Part shown: piece after piece, positions 38,327-61,615 of the stretch
Layout of the letters: each line of letters begins with the position of its first letter
Numbering within the stretch: the first letter of the stretch is position 1
Assembly (NCBI GenBank): GCA_964057225.1
Contig: OZ059896.1
Location: 15,934,001 to 15,998,000, forward strand
DNA length: 64,000 bases
Reading direction: 5' to 3'
Source of the DNA: Auanema rhodensis
Taxonomy: Eukaryota; Animalia; Nematoda
Translations under genes and position numbers: made by a program
The notes under the pieces: model-generated
Databases searched by the model: none
Seen by the model: only the letters and a program-made list of their open reading frames with translations
Told to the model about the DNA's origin: nothing

Positions 38327-39335
38327 TTAGTCTGATTTAAATCCTCCGCGCAACAACTTGCCAACTTTAGAATTGTCAGTTAACAAGCTGCGAATAAGGA
38401 ACACCTGTCAAAAGAAACTGTCAGTATAAAACATAATTATCGATTATACTTGACAGAGGGTTGCTGATATCATAACCAAAGTGTTCACAACTCCCCAGAA
38501 GTTTACATCTTCAAAATTATCTTCAGCTCTAGATCGATCCTGCAAAATAAAATTTCATTTACTAAATGAAGTAACAGATGTTGGTGCTACCTTTAATGTT
38601 ATACTTCTCATATGGTTCATCTCATTTTCGATATGATTCAGATTCAATTTAATTTGTGTAGTCGCTGACTAAAATTTAACAAATCAACTTAATATATTCA
38701 GGGTTTAAGATAAATTAGTAATATTACATCAAAAACTTGTGTTGCTATTAAAACTTCCATAGCAGGATTGGCATTTATTTTATTCAAATCACCAAAATAG
38801 TTACCATTCTCATCAAGAAGGTAGAAACTAATTGCAACCTAAGCTTAATTTTGTTTAGAATTTGAAACATATAAAATGTGTAAGGTTACCGTTTTACTAG
38901 ATACAAAACTAAAACTATTATCCATACAGAGAATATAATCCCCAAGATCTTCTGCTCCTACATCGATCCTGAAAATGAATCAGTAAACTTCAACGAATAC
39001 ATGTAGTCGTTCAGTACCTATGACTGTTAGTTCTAGATTGTACATCTGATACAGCATATTGTCCCGAAGGTTTACGTAAAGTTAGAGTTATATCATTATC
39101 ACCACCTCTAGCAACTAGATAGTTAAGCTCAATAACTTTATAAGTTGTCTTCAAAACTGGAAGAAAAAGACATTCACTCTATAAATAGTAAACGAGTAAT
39201 AAATAGTTATGTCATGAAATTCGAAACCTTGCCCGCATCAACTCTTACTGTAAGCGTAACTTCTTCTTCTGAAAGAGTAGCTTGACTCAGATTAAGAAAC
39301 CCAAAAAGAATAAAAGATATAATATATCTTTTCAT
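38327..39335 (-). CDS. p24/TMED (emp24/gp25L) family protein, divergent paralogue
   Basis: Signal peptide, GOLD domain (TVRVDAGKSECLF, GDYILCMDNSFS), DRSRAEDNFEDVNFWGVV, TM, tail QVFLIRSLL...GFKSD*. Confidence 0.88.
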
Positions 39336-39638
39336 ACTAAAAAAACAATTATTCTACAGTAATTTAAAAATTTATGTAAATCAAAAAGTAACATTCCGGA
39401 TCCAACCATAATATTCAGAGTAAAAATATGAAAAACAGGTTTAAAACGGAAAGATTTATAAGCAGAAACACTGATTATGTAGTTAACCCAAATGCACCAA
39501 TTATGCAAGTAAATCACAATTATGCCCCTAATTAAATAAGTTATAAATATAATAAATTAGAAAAAAACCAAAACAATCGACTAGGAGTTATTAATAAATT
39601 ATGAAAAAGAGAACTTAACAATAAAAAAATGTCTAAAA

Positions 39639-40561
39639 TTAAGTACGCCCACGACGAAGCATTCTTCCAAGTTTCGAATTATCTTCGAACAAACTCCGGA
39701 TGGTATAAACCTAAAAAAATTAATTCAACAAAATTAGAAAAATATTAATATAGTTACTTGAACGCCAGCAACGGTTAATAAGACAATAGTATGAACTACG
39801 CTCCAGAATGTGACACGATCTAGGTTGGCATGCATGATGGCTCTATCACGAGCTTCATGTGCTCTCATCAAAGCTTGGTGATATTCAACTTTATTTAATT
39901 GATTCTTTATTCTATTGGAAACAGCCTGAATAGAAAAAATGAAGGTTTCCAAGTTTAAAAAATTAAGCCTACGTGGAAATCAGCCACAGTAACTCCGAAG
40001 TTTTGCATTTGAGCTTGGATATCTCCGCTCTTTTGACCAATAGCGGCAAAATCGATCTCATCCAAATTACCATGTTCATCAAACAAGAAAATTTCAAAGA
40101 AAACAACCTAAAAAAATTAAAAATTTTCAGGAAAATCATATAACTTACTTTACGAGTTTGGTAACTGAAGGAATTATCAAAACAAACTTGATAATCACCA
40201 GCTTCTTGAAGTTCTATTCTGTAGCATATAACGTAACAATCAAATTTCAATTAAATTATACCTGTGACTTCCATCAGTTTTTAACTTATCTTGAACTAAA
40301 ATATTAGCTCCGAGAAGAATCATGAAATTGATGTTTAAATCACCGCCATCAACAACCTTAAAACATAATTTTTGCTCTATTTTTCAGAAAAGAAAAAACT
40401 TGATAGTCGACTTCCATTGTTTTATGCAAATTATTTTGCACGGGTTGAAAGAAACATTGAAATTTCCCTGGGGGTACTTCAATGGTAAAATCAAACTCTC
40501 CCGCAAAAGCAGAGCTAACTAATCCAATAAGTAAAATCCCCAAGGTAATATTAAACCTCAT
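39639..40561 (-). CDS. p24/TMED family protein, gamma subfamily (TMED1/5-like)
   Basis: DFTIEVPPGKFQCFFQ, EVDYQVVDGGDLNINF, GDYQVCFDNSFS, RAHEARDR..NLDRVTFWS, QVYTIRSLFED. Confidence 0.92.
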
Positions 40562-41776
40562 TATCTGAAAAAATAAGTAAACATAATGTTTTTTAAGGAA
40601 TTAGCAGAAGAAAGTTTAAGATTAGTTCAAATATGGAGATATGAATGACTGTATTCTAAGATAACGTATGTCAACACATTCATGAATTAAGTAATAAAAT
40701 TATATTCGAAGTACAAATCAATAAGGTGAGGATAAGCATATTTCGTTTAGCTTCAAAGTGTTTCAGAAAAAATTACTAGAAAAGCAGAACTGTGACCCAT
40801 AACTGTGAAACTAAAGTGCGATGTTGTAGCTAGGTACAGGTTAACGTACGCAAATTAAATTTTTCATAAAACGACAAAATTGACACGCTGTTACTTTTCC
40901 TAACTTCACCGTCTTGGTAACTACTTTTTAAAACCCTTTTATTTAAATGAATACATATTCGAAAACGTTTGGAAAAATTGTCATTCTGAAATAGAATTAT
41001 TTACGTATTTAATATAGAAAATAATAAAAAATTATTCATATGAACATACATTCTCTTCCCAAAATTATCATGAATAACGTAAAATATTCAATGTTGCAGT
41101 TCGAGCAGAACAATCACTGGGTTTAAAATATTCAGCCAACTATTGCATAATCTGTATTTAACTGGGGCTGTGATCAATTTTCACAAATCACCTTAATTTC
41201 TTAAACATAGGAGGGTCTCTTTTGTTCAGCATTTGTAGAATATACATATAATGAATGGCGACTCCAATAACATCAAAATGACCACTTGTTCCCTTTTCTC
41301 TATCAGAAAATCCTATGCTTTGCGAGAATCGAACTTGTAGAGCCATGCTTGTAGTTTGCTCTCTTAATAATTTCTGATCAGTTGATTATTGTCTTGATTC
41401 CCGAAAACTAATATGATGAGATGTGTTTTCCAGTTTTTACTGAAAAATTACTGAGATATCAGCAATCAAACATGTATTGTTTAATTATAGATTTATCTAA
41501 TTCTTATAATGTGTAATATTTTTTTATAGTTTGAAACTGGCATAGTTAGTAGATAATAAACATGTAATATATATATTTACTGTAGGTACTAATTAGAATA
41601 CGTCATAATGTTATTGTGTTCATTTGTAAAAGAAAAGAAGAGAAGATCGGTTGTTCTTTTCATTATATAATTTATTAATAAATATTCACAATAAGTAGGC
41701 TAAAGATCATTCTTGGTTTGTTACGTGAACATGTTACACTGTAAAATTTTATAATCAAATCTTTTTCCCAGGTAAT

Positions 41777-43775
41777 TTAGAGTTCAACAGGAACAAATTT
41801 AACATTAAAAGCTTTCGGGCGTCTGAAGAATGAATCGTGAGTTCGAGAGTCATATGAAGGCATATCTCCATAAGCACAAATTTCATATTTTGAGAGAAGA
41901 TTACCGAGAATCTGAAATGAAAAAAAATAAAAAAATAGAAAGTCTTAGTAATTACCAAGAATAGTTCAGCTCTAGCTAAAGATTCGCCAGGACAAGCACG
42001 TTTTCCAATTCCGAAAGGAATAACATTTTGTTCCAACTTTTCAGTCTTGAGGAAGCGCTCGGGATCAAACTTAAATATAATGCTAAAGTTTTGTTTTTGA
42101 AAGAAATAATAACATTGTCGGAATTCTCGAAGAACTTTTCTTCACTCATAATTAGCGACAACTGAGCTGCGATTGGGGTTCCAGGCTCAATAATATAATC
42201 TCTAATCTTTGTTGTTTCCTTCACTTCTCTGAACAAGTTAACACTAAGAATGTTAGCATGACGTTGAATTTCCTAAATAGATTCACCAGGTCATCATAGA
42301 AATCTAGATACATACGTTGATAGTGGCATTCAGATATGGAGCATCATTTCGATCTTTGAGGGATAAAGGACGAGACCCGTTAGTTATCTTTAGGATTTCT
42401 TCTCTAGCTTTCTTTGCAACCTGAAGTTTGATAAGAAATAAAATAATCTCTTTCTAAGTATTATTTAACCTCTGGCTTATTTAACAAATAGGTGAATCCC
42501 CATAACAGAGTTGTTGTTGTCGTTTCTTGTCCAGCTGCCCATAAATCGAGTACATTCATTACTAAGGACTTGTGCCTAAAATTATAAAAATGATTTATTA
42601 ATTCTTATTTTAACTATGACTTACGTGAAAGTAGTATTTGGATTGTCTTTCTCATCTTCCATTTTCTTCAAGAAAGCGTCAACAAAGTCAGTTCCTTCAC
42701 CTGTGATAATGTGATCACCTTTAGCAATAGCATCTTTTCTGAAAACAAACTTTGGTTATTATTCCAATATTACACAACTTACCTTTCTTGTATTTGAGTC
42801 TTAAGGAATGCTATCAAACTTCTGGCTGGCTTTACAATTCTTTCATAACGAGATTTCAACAAAGGGAAGCTTAAAGCCCATCGTGGAACATAAAAATCAA
42901 CAAAGGCGATTCTTGAGCTTGTGTTATCCATCTGTTCTTTAAGATTGAAGAACTCGTTCTGATTTTCCTGAAAATAGCAAATTATTGCTTAACATCAATT
43001 ATTGTGAAATTGTACCTCAGTAAATCTGACTGAGAAAAGCATTCTGTTGATGATGCTGCCAACCATTAAATCCACGAACTGTTTGGCATCAGTTACATGG
43101 TTCTTGTCTTTTCTTAAAGCTTCATCAAGGTCAGCAACTCTGAAAATTGGAAATGAAAGGAGAAGAAGCTTAGTTCAAACCTCATATCAAATTCCATCAT
43201 AATTCGTTCTTCAACCAGATTCCTTCCAACTCCGAAGTTTCTGAGAGTATGAAGAGTAAACCTTCTTTGCTCAACCCAGTAATCGCCATTCGATACAATT
43301 ACTCCATGTCCTTCTATATTAGATTGATGAACTTTATTTCAAATTATAAGAAAACTTAACCTCTGAAGTAGTTGAACAGCAATGGCATCCATCTATTAGC
43401 GTAGTTGTTTCCCTGTTTGATCATAGTTTCATGTGCTAACTCAAGAGTTCCAATGTGAACGGTTGGTAGAGGTCCGAACCAGAGAGTGAAAATATCTCCA
43501 TATTCCTAAGAATACGAAATGAATATGAGAAACTGAATAAGTTGTAAAAACCTTTTTTAAAAGTTGAAAAGCCTTTTCAGCTGTTCCAGTTCTAACAATG
43601 TAATAAGTAAGTTGTGGTAAATTTCCCAATAAATGTATTGGAATTGGCCCTATAGTCATATACCGTATCTAATATTGAAATGAGAATATAGCTCACCTGG
43701 AGGAAGAACAGATCTTCGTTTCCATTGATATAAGTAATAAAGAGTAAAAGCTAATACTGCGATGTAGAGGAACAT
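41777..43775 (-). CDS. Cytochrome P450, CYP2 clan (nematode CYP33/34/35-like), apparently intact
   Basis: N-terminal TM + [31 protein letters not shown], heme motif [10 protein letters not shown]. Confidence 0.95.
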
Positions 43776-43810
43776 CTTTGATTGCAATCTAACTAATGAT
43801 TTGATCCTCA

Positions 43811-43848
43811 ATTTATATAGGAAATCTTTTGTGTTATTCTCTTTATCA
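43811..43848 (-). promoter_or_regulatory. TATA box and TGATAA (GATA) site upstream of the P450
   Basis: Minus strand CTATATAAAT ~40 bp and TGATAA ~70 bp upstream of the ATG; TGATAA is the nematode intestinal GATA-factor site. Confidence 0.45.
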
Positions 43849-45167
43849 TAAGTGACGCCTTCTTAAAAACTAGATACTACGAATACAAAGCACAATACAT
43901 TGTGGCCAATCTCCTCCCCCTTTTTGAACTTATTCTTTATATGCTTTTAAATTTCTTTTATTGAACTATAGAGTCAACGAAATGTTAGAGATGTCTCAGC
44001 TATCTATACTATCTCTCAACTATCTGTTCGCCAATTTTTTTTTCTGAAAATTAGTGCCTTTCGACTTGAGTGTCGGTAGGTATACATCATGAAATACAAA
44101 GATAAAGTGAAGAACAATATATTGCAAAATTGGAGTTTGATATGGTTGTAGTTTGATAATGAAGTTGTCTTCTTCATCACGCTTGACGAACGTTTGATTT
44201 CAGTTTCACCCCCACTCTTCCTTGTATAGGTACCACGCACGTGTCAGATTCTATGTATGATAGATAATTGATATGTTTTTAGAGAACAAGTTAGAATGAA
44301 ACAACCTATAGATCACTAATCACCTTTTCACTTGCACGATTGAATAGAATATTAATAGTTTAATATCACAAAAATGGATGTACAATAGATAAATGAAATA
44401 CATAAGATACATTATAAATTATCTATATCTAATGATATAGAATTAAACATTTTACTATTTTTTTTGCATTGAAAAACAAACGAATTATCAAAGTATTTAA
44501 AACGGTCTGCAATATAATATATAATAGATGATGATGATGAGACTAGAACATAAATTATATAAAAATGACAAGTAACCATTGGTTATACATATAGTTAAGA
44601 TATCTTTAGAACAAATAGGGTAGGAACATACAATTTTTGAGATTGAAATACACACATTATTGCAGAATAAACTTATTAAATGAGGAAAGATAGGGAGGGT
44701 AAGGAAGAAGTATGGTAACAAGTGTACACCGAGTGAGAATTTCTGAGATATCATAAGAAGTATGATTTGAAATAATGAAACAAATAACAATTTTTTTTTC
44801 TTGTTTTCAAAGAATAGAAAAGAAAAAGAAATGAGGCGAATGAATGAAGATGTGGCAGTAAATCTCGAAACTAAATACGTAATGATATGAATCCGATATT
44901 CCTGCCTAATATGGAAATATAAATTACATATCAAAGATTTAAGAAACAAAACAAATATAGAAATGTATAGATATATATATCTTATAATATATAATTATAA
45001 TACAATTAAATTATATTAATTATAATTGAAAGATAATGTATAATAATGAAGAGATGAAGGTTTTGTCACGACTATTTTCAATAAGTAATTGAATATTTCC
45101 ATATTTTTGTAAGTAAACTTAAGTATTGAAAGACATCTTTTGCCAGTTAGGCTCCTGGCCAATCTCT

Positions 45168-54132
<8,965 letters not shown>

Positions 54133-54696
54133 AATTGAATGATTTGTGAAGAACAATGTATCTACTAGTTCACGATAATGGAGCTGTAAGGTTATGATGA
54201 CATTTAGCTTCCTGAAAGCAGAAAAAAAGTTTTTTAAAGAATAATATAGATAGATACATAGACTCTACTTTCACTTCTCTTTCTTCACTATATTATTAAA
54301 ATATAAAGAATACAGTAAGAGTGAAAATAGAGGAAAAGCTAAGAATATATACGATATAAATAAGAAAATGAAATAAAGCAGATCCTGACATGTAATAAGC
54401 AGATAGGAATTAGGAATATTAGTAAATATAGCTCCTTATTTGTCATACACAGAGTGTCGAAGTGGAAAAGTGACTGAACGGAAGTAGCAAGTTAAGATTG
54501 CTCAATTGCATTCTGACCACATACGTTACTATATAAGATAAGTTGGATAACATCATTTGAAATTGGATTTTTATGAAAACTTGAAAAGAAACAAATAAAA
54601 TAACATAGAAAAAGATGATATACATAAGAATATCATGTAACTTCATAGTTTAAATCAAAATCTGATTAGGAAACTATGAATTTGATGGAATACTGA

Positions 54697-54776
54697 AGAT
54701 GATGATGATGTAATGGAAGATGTCTGGTGATGCTGAGGATGATGAAGAAGAAGACGATGATGATGATGATGATGAA
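54697..54776. repeat. Imperfect (GAT)n/(GAA)n trinucleotide tract
   Basis: Runs of GAT and GAA repeats. Confidence 0.8.
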
Positions 54777-55525
54777 GAGATCGACATGTCACGACAATAT
54801 CAATGCTATGTTGTTCTTATGTAAATGGGCTGGTTGAAAAGGTGAGTGGATTGAAAAGACAAAAAATGGAAAAGTTTTGTTGGATTACTAAGGAAATACT
54901 GACTATTGTTCTCTTCAATTCTCTCTTTTATTATCCAAATTTTGTACTGTATTATCAAGCTTTTATGAAATTTTAATAAAAGTTTAGTGGAGTACACCTT
55001 GTATCTCGTTGTCCTGAAGTCAGAACACGGGTGTAATGAGGCATGGGGCTAGGAAAAGAGCAGGATTGGAAGAGAGATTGAGAAGGAAAGAGAGCAAAGT
55101 AGATGGATGAGCTAAGTGGTTGAGGAAAGTGGGAAGTTTTTGACAGGAATAGAGATGGATTGTTCTCTGATATCTCTCACACATTTCTCTGTTCGATTTG
55201 TGTTTTCATTCGAAAGGTAAAGTGATTTGAATTGAAAAGATTAGGGAAAATGAAGATTTTAGAAGAAATTGAGTTGTAGAAGATGGAGTCTGTTTGGACA
55301 GAAAAATAAAAAGATGATGAATGAGATTATAAGAGAAATGAAGTTAGTGTTGACATGTGAAGAAAAGAAGAAAAAATTATAACAATTACAAAAAGATTAC
55401 ATATGAAAGGATAGAGGTGTGAAAAATAAATAAAAAAATGAAAGAAAAACATGGTTGCAATGAAGAAAAATGAAAAAAAAATCTCAGATTGAAAAGAGAT
55501 AGATACATGTATATACATAGTGAGC

Positions 55526-55898
55526 AGAGAGAGAGAAAGAGAAAGAGAAAGAGAAAGAGAGAGAGAGAGAGACTTACATAGTATATAGATATAATAGTAA
55601 AAAATGGAAAAAAAACAATATATTTTGAGAGAATTTCGGATAAGAAAAGGAAGAAACATATCTTGAAGATGTTGCTTAAGATGAAAGTTGCAAAGATCAG
55701 GCAAGAGGAAGAGGATAGGAAGACTAAGAGGAGGTAAGCGAGAATGGAAGAAGAACAGGATGATGATCAAAGGAATTATACCATATGTAACAAGTAGATT
55801 TGACATACAAAAATCATTTTAGATAGAGGACAATCATCATCATCTAATATATAATTAGCAGATGTATAAAATAAATTAAACAATTTAAAGAGAAAGGA

Positions 55899-55935
<37 letters not shown>

Positions 55936-55944
55936 GAGAGAGAG
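55526..55944. repeat. Two GA-rich microsatellites (55526-55572, 55899-55944)
   Basis: (GAAAGA)n/(GA)n runs. Confidence 0.85.
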
Positions 55945-58900
55945 AAAGTATGCCATGTTGGATAACTACTAACTGCTCTTATCGTACTAAGCTTTGACTA
56001 CATACACACAAAGACAATGAGAATAAAAGAAACAATAAAGTAAATCTTTCTTATCTTATACTCATCTAACATCAATCCACTAATATGCCTCTAACAACTT
56101 TTCTTTGATCTGATTAGAAACTATGTACTATGAAAACTAATTGAACTCATGTATGAATAAAGAAAAAAATGTGAATTGAAACTGTATATGTGACATATAA
56201 CTAACTATATAATAGGATTAAGTATAGATAGACATGAAAAATAAATATAAATGTTTTGATTGGACAGACACTCATGTAGGTGGTTGATGATGGCAGGCGC
56301 AAGAGGAAGAGGAGGAAGACAAGAAGATGAGGGGAGGAGGAGGTCCGATGGGGGGGGGGGCGAGGAGGAGGGCTAACGCATAGGAGCTCTGGGCCGACTC
56401 AGAGTTTTGTCCTTTGAGGGTCATATGTCTCTGCTGGCTCACGTACTCTCTGTTATTGGAATTATATTTCTATTCTATTAAAGACTAATAGATATTTTTT
56501 GAGAGATTACATCATTTGGATTACTCGAAGACGATAAACATAGACCTTGGATGTCAGTTTTTCGATGTTATCCAGAACATCGACATCTTCATTACCGGAT
56601 GTGTCGGATGTATTGAGCAAAACCTCAAAAACATTTTTCCGTCTGGTACAGTATCAGTAAGCTCTATTACAGGCTGAGAATAGAAAGAAGGCAGAGGATT
56701 AGAGGGAGAGAAACACGATAATGGGTTCGAAACAAAAACAATTGATTCAAACAGCTATAAATGGCAAATTTCACAAAAATGAGGGAAAAGCTATTGAAAG
56801 CTGTTTCCAGCTGTTCGGTCGGCCAACTAAAAGGACAACGTTTACTTGGTGCCGACACTGTACCAGCTGCAGTTATAGGTTGATGAAGTTTGGAAGGAAG
56901 GGATGAACCTTCTAAAGCTTCCGCTCAAGACGTCTGATGAATGCGCGAGGTGACCGAGTGAATGAATGAATGAAGAAATGACTTGATGATGACTAATAAA
57001 ATGATCTTAAAAGAAAATACAGATGTCTACCTGGATGGCAGGAGGAAATAACCGGAAGAGGAGTGGAAAACGAGAGCAAACGACGCCTTCCGATGTGGTG
57101 AAGCCTGGCTATAGAAATATTGAGAAGGAAACCAACAATTGCCAGTCTTGAAGTTCAAGAAGACAAGTGTGTCTATATTCGGATGAAATAAATAGAATCA
57201 AGAATGGAATTTTTCAAATAATTAAAGCGTTCGATGACTGAAAAGCTTCCAAATTTCGGCAGTGCCTGAGTATAGGAGAGTAGAAGGAGAGCTGAGACGG
57301 AGCTAATCACGCAACATATTTCAAATAACGAACTTTCATGATAAAAACGAAAAAAAAACGAATAAAACTTTTCAATAGATCAACGATGAAATAGATGAAA
57401 ATCTCAAGTTTATGCAGATAAAGCTGAATGTTGAAGAAGTTGAAGACGAGTTATTGAGAACATTTCTTTAGAAAATTGCAATAAAGAAGGCGGCAAAGCT
57501 GATGAGAATGCGGATTATCTGAAACGTATGAAGTAAAATGAAAAAAAGTAGGATAGATGAGAGCAGATGATATGGAGGAGCTGATATATGAACCGACAAA
57601 TGAGATTTATTAAGGTTGAAGCTGGAAGAAAATGGAAGAAAATTGAAACACAGATGCTGAAATGACTTCAAAAAGTTTGACTACTGATAGATATAGTATA
57701 TCATAGTTCTCTTACTCTCTAGATACTTCTCTTTCTTTCTCTCTTTCTCTCTAGCTATCATTCTCTCTCTCATTATCTTTTTGATATTGAACAAAACGAA
57801 TTCCCCCTCTGGTTTATTCGTCGAATGGGACCTACACCAGGTTGTTGCTAGCTGACTCCGCCCACAATTCTATTCGTTTCGAAGAAAAGACGATAACGTA
57901 GACGAAGATGAAGATGAAGAAAGAGGGCTTGTAGATGGCGATGGGACCAGTGTCTGAGGGATAGGTGCCACGCCTCTTGTGTTCCTAGACTTTTCCAGCC
58001 TCGTGAGCTCAAATTAGCTTGCCCCACCAGTGGCCGTAGCCAATGGGCTCATCGTCAGGTCATCTCTTGAAATCCTTCATGATATACATGAGTGGAATCA
58101 TATTATGATGGAAGGATAAATCTTAGAATAATTGTTTTTCAAATTGAAATTCAATCAGTAAGATATGGATTGGATGAGGATTAACAAGAAGGTTATTAGG
58201 TCAATTATGCCTGAGGCAAATGAATAGGAGATACAAAAGTAGATTGAAAACAAAAAATAAAAATAAAGGTTAATCAAGGTAGGTAGTACAAGGAAGGAAT
58301 TCTACAAGAATCATGTCTGATGTGTCATGATACGGATATATGAATGATTGGCTAACTAATGATACTAACGAAGCTGTTCAGTTCATGTCACAAAATTGAT
58401 TTTCACTTCAGGTAATATCAAGTTGATTGCGCCGTCATAAACGGTCAATTCAGCCGGTTAACAATCGTTAAAAGTCCATTTTCATGCATGTTAATAGTCT
58501 ACGAGAAAACGCAATGTTAATCATTATTCTCATCATCACAAATCTATCCATTCATCCATCTGTCTTCTCTTCTTGTGTCCTCAACTTGTGGTAAAAATCT
58601 AATGATCAGTTGTTGAATAGATCTGATGATCACATCGTATATAAGAAATGAAAAAGAGGGAATAATTTTAAAAGAGAGATATATAGAGAGAGAAAGAGAG
58701 AACAAGAGGGAAAAATAAATGAATTGAGAATGAAGAGCGTAAAGAATCATAGAGAGACAAGGTAACTTAGTTTGAAAGAGATACAGAGAGAGAGAGAGAG
58801 GTAGAGAGAGAGAAAGAGAAAGAGTAAAAAGAAGTTTTTATGATGAAATGCGTTTCGGGACCTCCATTACAGTTTCTTTCTAGTGTTTATGAGAAAATGC

Positions 58901-61615
58901 CGGTACTAATTAAATCGTAAATGATTATAAAGTATTTTTGAGGTCGCATCATTGCTTTAAGCTAATCATTCTCATTATATTTTTTTATTAAAAACAATGA
59001 AATATAATAGATTATATTTTATTTTGAATGACCTATCAGATAGATTTACATTCTTTTATAAATTTATTAAAGACTGATGTTGATAAACTATATGTTAAGC
59101 TATACATTGTTTCACGTAAAATATGACGCACACGTGAAATTGCTCACATGTGCAGTAAATGCTCACGTGATTCACGTGAACAACATTTCTTCATTATAAT
59201 TGACAGCATTTAAAGATTTTCTTTCTGCCAGCACGGTTGTTCATGTCATTAAATTCTTTAAATAAACTTGACCTATGGCGCAATGTCATGCTGCTTGAAA
59301 TCCGTTATCGTTCGAGCTTTCCCAGGCATTGTTCTGTCAGTATAACTCAATTCATTGACTTCTTTACTGTTTCAAACGAATCCAAAATCGGATTATATTT
59401 AATAATATATAACAAAAAGAATTAAGTTAATCTATAAATTCTGTAGGTTTTGAGGTGAAATTGAGAAAAAAATTGATTTGAAAGCCAAATCGAGAGGGAG
59501 CGAAATGCAAAATGAATGGCCGGAGAGTCGTTTGTACTGTTCAACAGCTCATTATGAATTCCAGTGGTAATACCTACTTGTTTCAAAACTATTGCCGGAA
59601 TATTGTCAAAGAATGCTGCTGTTCAGGTTGTAGTCGGCGGTTAATGGCATTACTATAAAAGGGGAAAGGTCGATGACGTCATGTGTAGCAAGCCTAATCT
59701 TGTAGATTACTGTATATTCATTTGACAATCGGTTGATGATGTAACGGGGTGGGGGATGAATACGAAAAATAACGACAAATTGTGTGTGTGAATATATAAA
59801 AAGAATTATAATAAGATTCACACATTAATGGCTAAGACCCTTCAGATGTATACATACATCAAGCTAACCATATGTATATATGTAGATCTTATATTAGAAA
59901 ACCGGAAGAATCTTTCCTTTTTATTTTTTGGATATATCCGCTCTTTGACTCCCCTTCCCTCATAATCTATTTCACAACATTGAATTCCATTTCATTCTTA
60001 TCATTTTTCTTTAAAATAATAAATATTAAGTATAGAATAAAAATAAATACAAGATATAAATATTATATTTGTATTTATTTTTCAAACAAAAAACAAACAA
60101 ACACGCGACTTTTTAAAAACTGCCACCTTTTTTTCTAAAAAAGGGTCATATGCATTCCCTTAACATTAAGCTTAAGTTGTAAATGATTAACAAGTTTCCA
60201 AGTCTAAATTTTCTGATGAATCCCGATAAGCCTGAGAATTAGAAACATGTATTTCTTCCCGAAACGGAAAAAAAATACCGATTAAAGAAGAATTCTCATG
60301 CTATTGAGCAAATCATCGACAGGTGACTGACTTGTTATAACAAAAATTAGTTATAGACCGTTGGCTTAATGTAAGAATAAGGTTGTGACGCAATCTTGTA
60401 CCTGACTCTACATCCATTAATTGCCAATTTTCAATGAGATAGACTTGAATAACTCATAATAATAAAGACAATTTCGCCATTTCTGTGTTATTTCTCAGTG
60501 ATGTATACAGAAGATTTGAAATTCGAATGTCTTTAATGTTTTCTCTATGTTTTCGCATTATAACCATTGACTGTTTTCAAAAGATTATGCTTATCATTAT
60601 TGCGCAACCAAGAAAGATAATTTCAAGTTAAGAATGAATCAACTATCATAGGTTGAATAATAACTTAATATTAAAACTTAAAACTAGGAAGAGAGGAAAA
60701 GAAAGAGAGAGAGAGAAAGAGAGAGAGAGAGAAAATAAAAAGAAAAAAGAAGAAGACATGTTTGAAGTCTCTTTATAGGAGGTAATTGCATAATTGATTA
60801 GTTTGAATTTCAATATGCTTTCCACTGAAACATAGTGGGTTGGTGAAGTAGCTGCAGAAGGTATTGTTCTTCCGTCAATTGACTTACCTCAGGCTCATTC
60901 TCTCTTTCTCTCTCTCTTTCTTTTTCTCTTGCATCATTACATATCTTTTCTTTCTCTTTAGCATTTTCTTGGTGCTCTTGATGAATATGAGGAAGGCTCG
61001 AAATCTCGTACCTCTTTCGTCACAAGAATATTTTATTCATTCAAACTCGTCTATTGAGCTTTCGCCATTGAGCTTATGCTGTACATGAACAATATTCTCT
61101 CTAACCTTACTCTCTTTATCCTTCTTTTTCTCTCATTTTCTCTTAATTTCACATCTCATACATGGGTTAGCAGGAAAGAAGACACACGTCTATGTATTTT
61201 GATTTGAGGGTTTTACTTATTTTCAAATGAAATATATTATATACATATAAAGTTCGATGTACTACGTTTATTACAATAACAAATAAATAAATTTAATATC
61301 TCAAGCCACATGTTTTTAAAAAAAAACTTTATTAAACAACTTAGTTTTATCATATCAAATAAGCTTGATGCAATATTTTTGAAAATACCCTTCGCTCTTC
61401 CTTTACTGTAGGATTTAGAAAAGACTCATAGTTCCATAGCTTTAGATTCATAAAATTATTGATAAGTTGAAGAACAAATGTTTCTGTGCGTGTTCAATAA
61501 AATATTTTTTTCATTATAAAAATCAATAAAATACATAGTTTATATATATATATATTATAATTATATAATTACAACTAAATGTGAGAAAAAAAAAGAATTA
61601 TTTTTCAATTTACAG

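Noticed and set aside
54400-61100. Many 60-160-aa hydrophobic ORFs upstream of col-99
   Set aside because: Compositional artefacts of AT- and GA-rich intergenic DNA with no exon structure.
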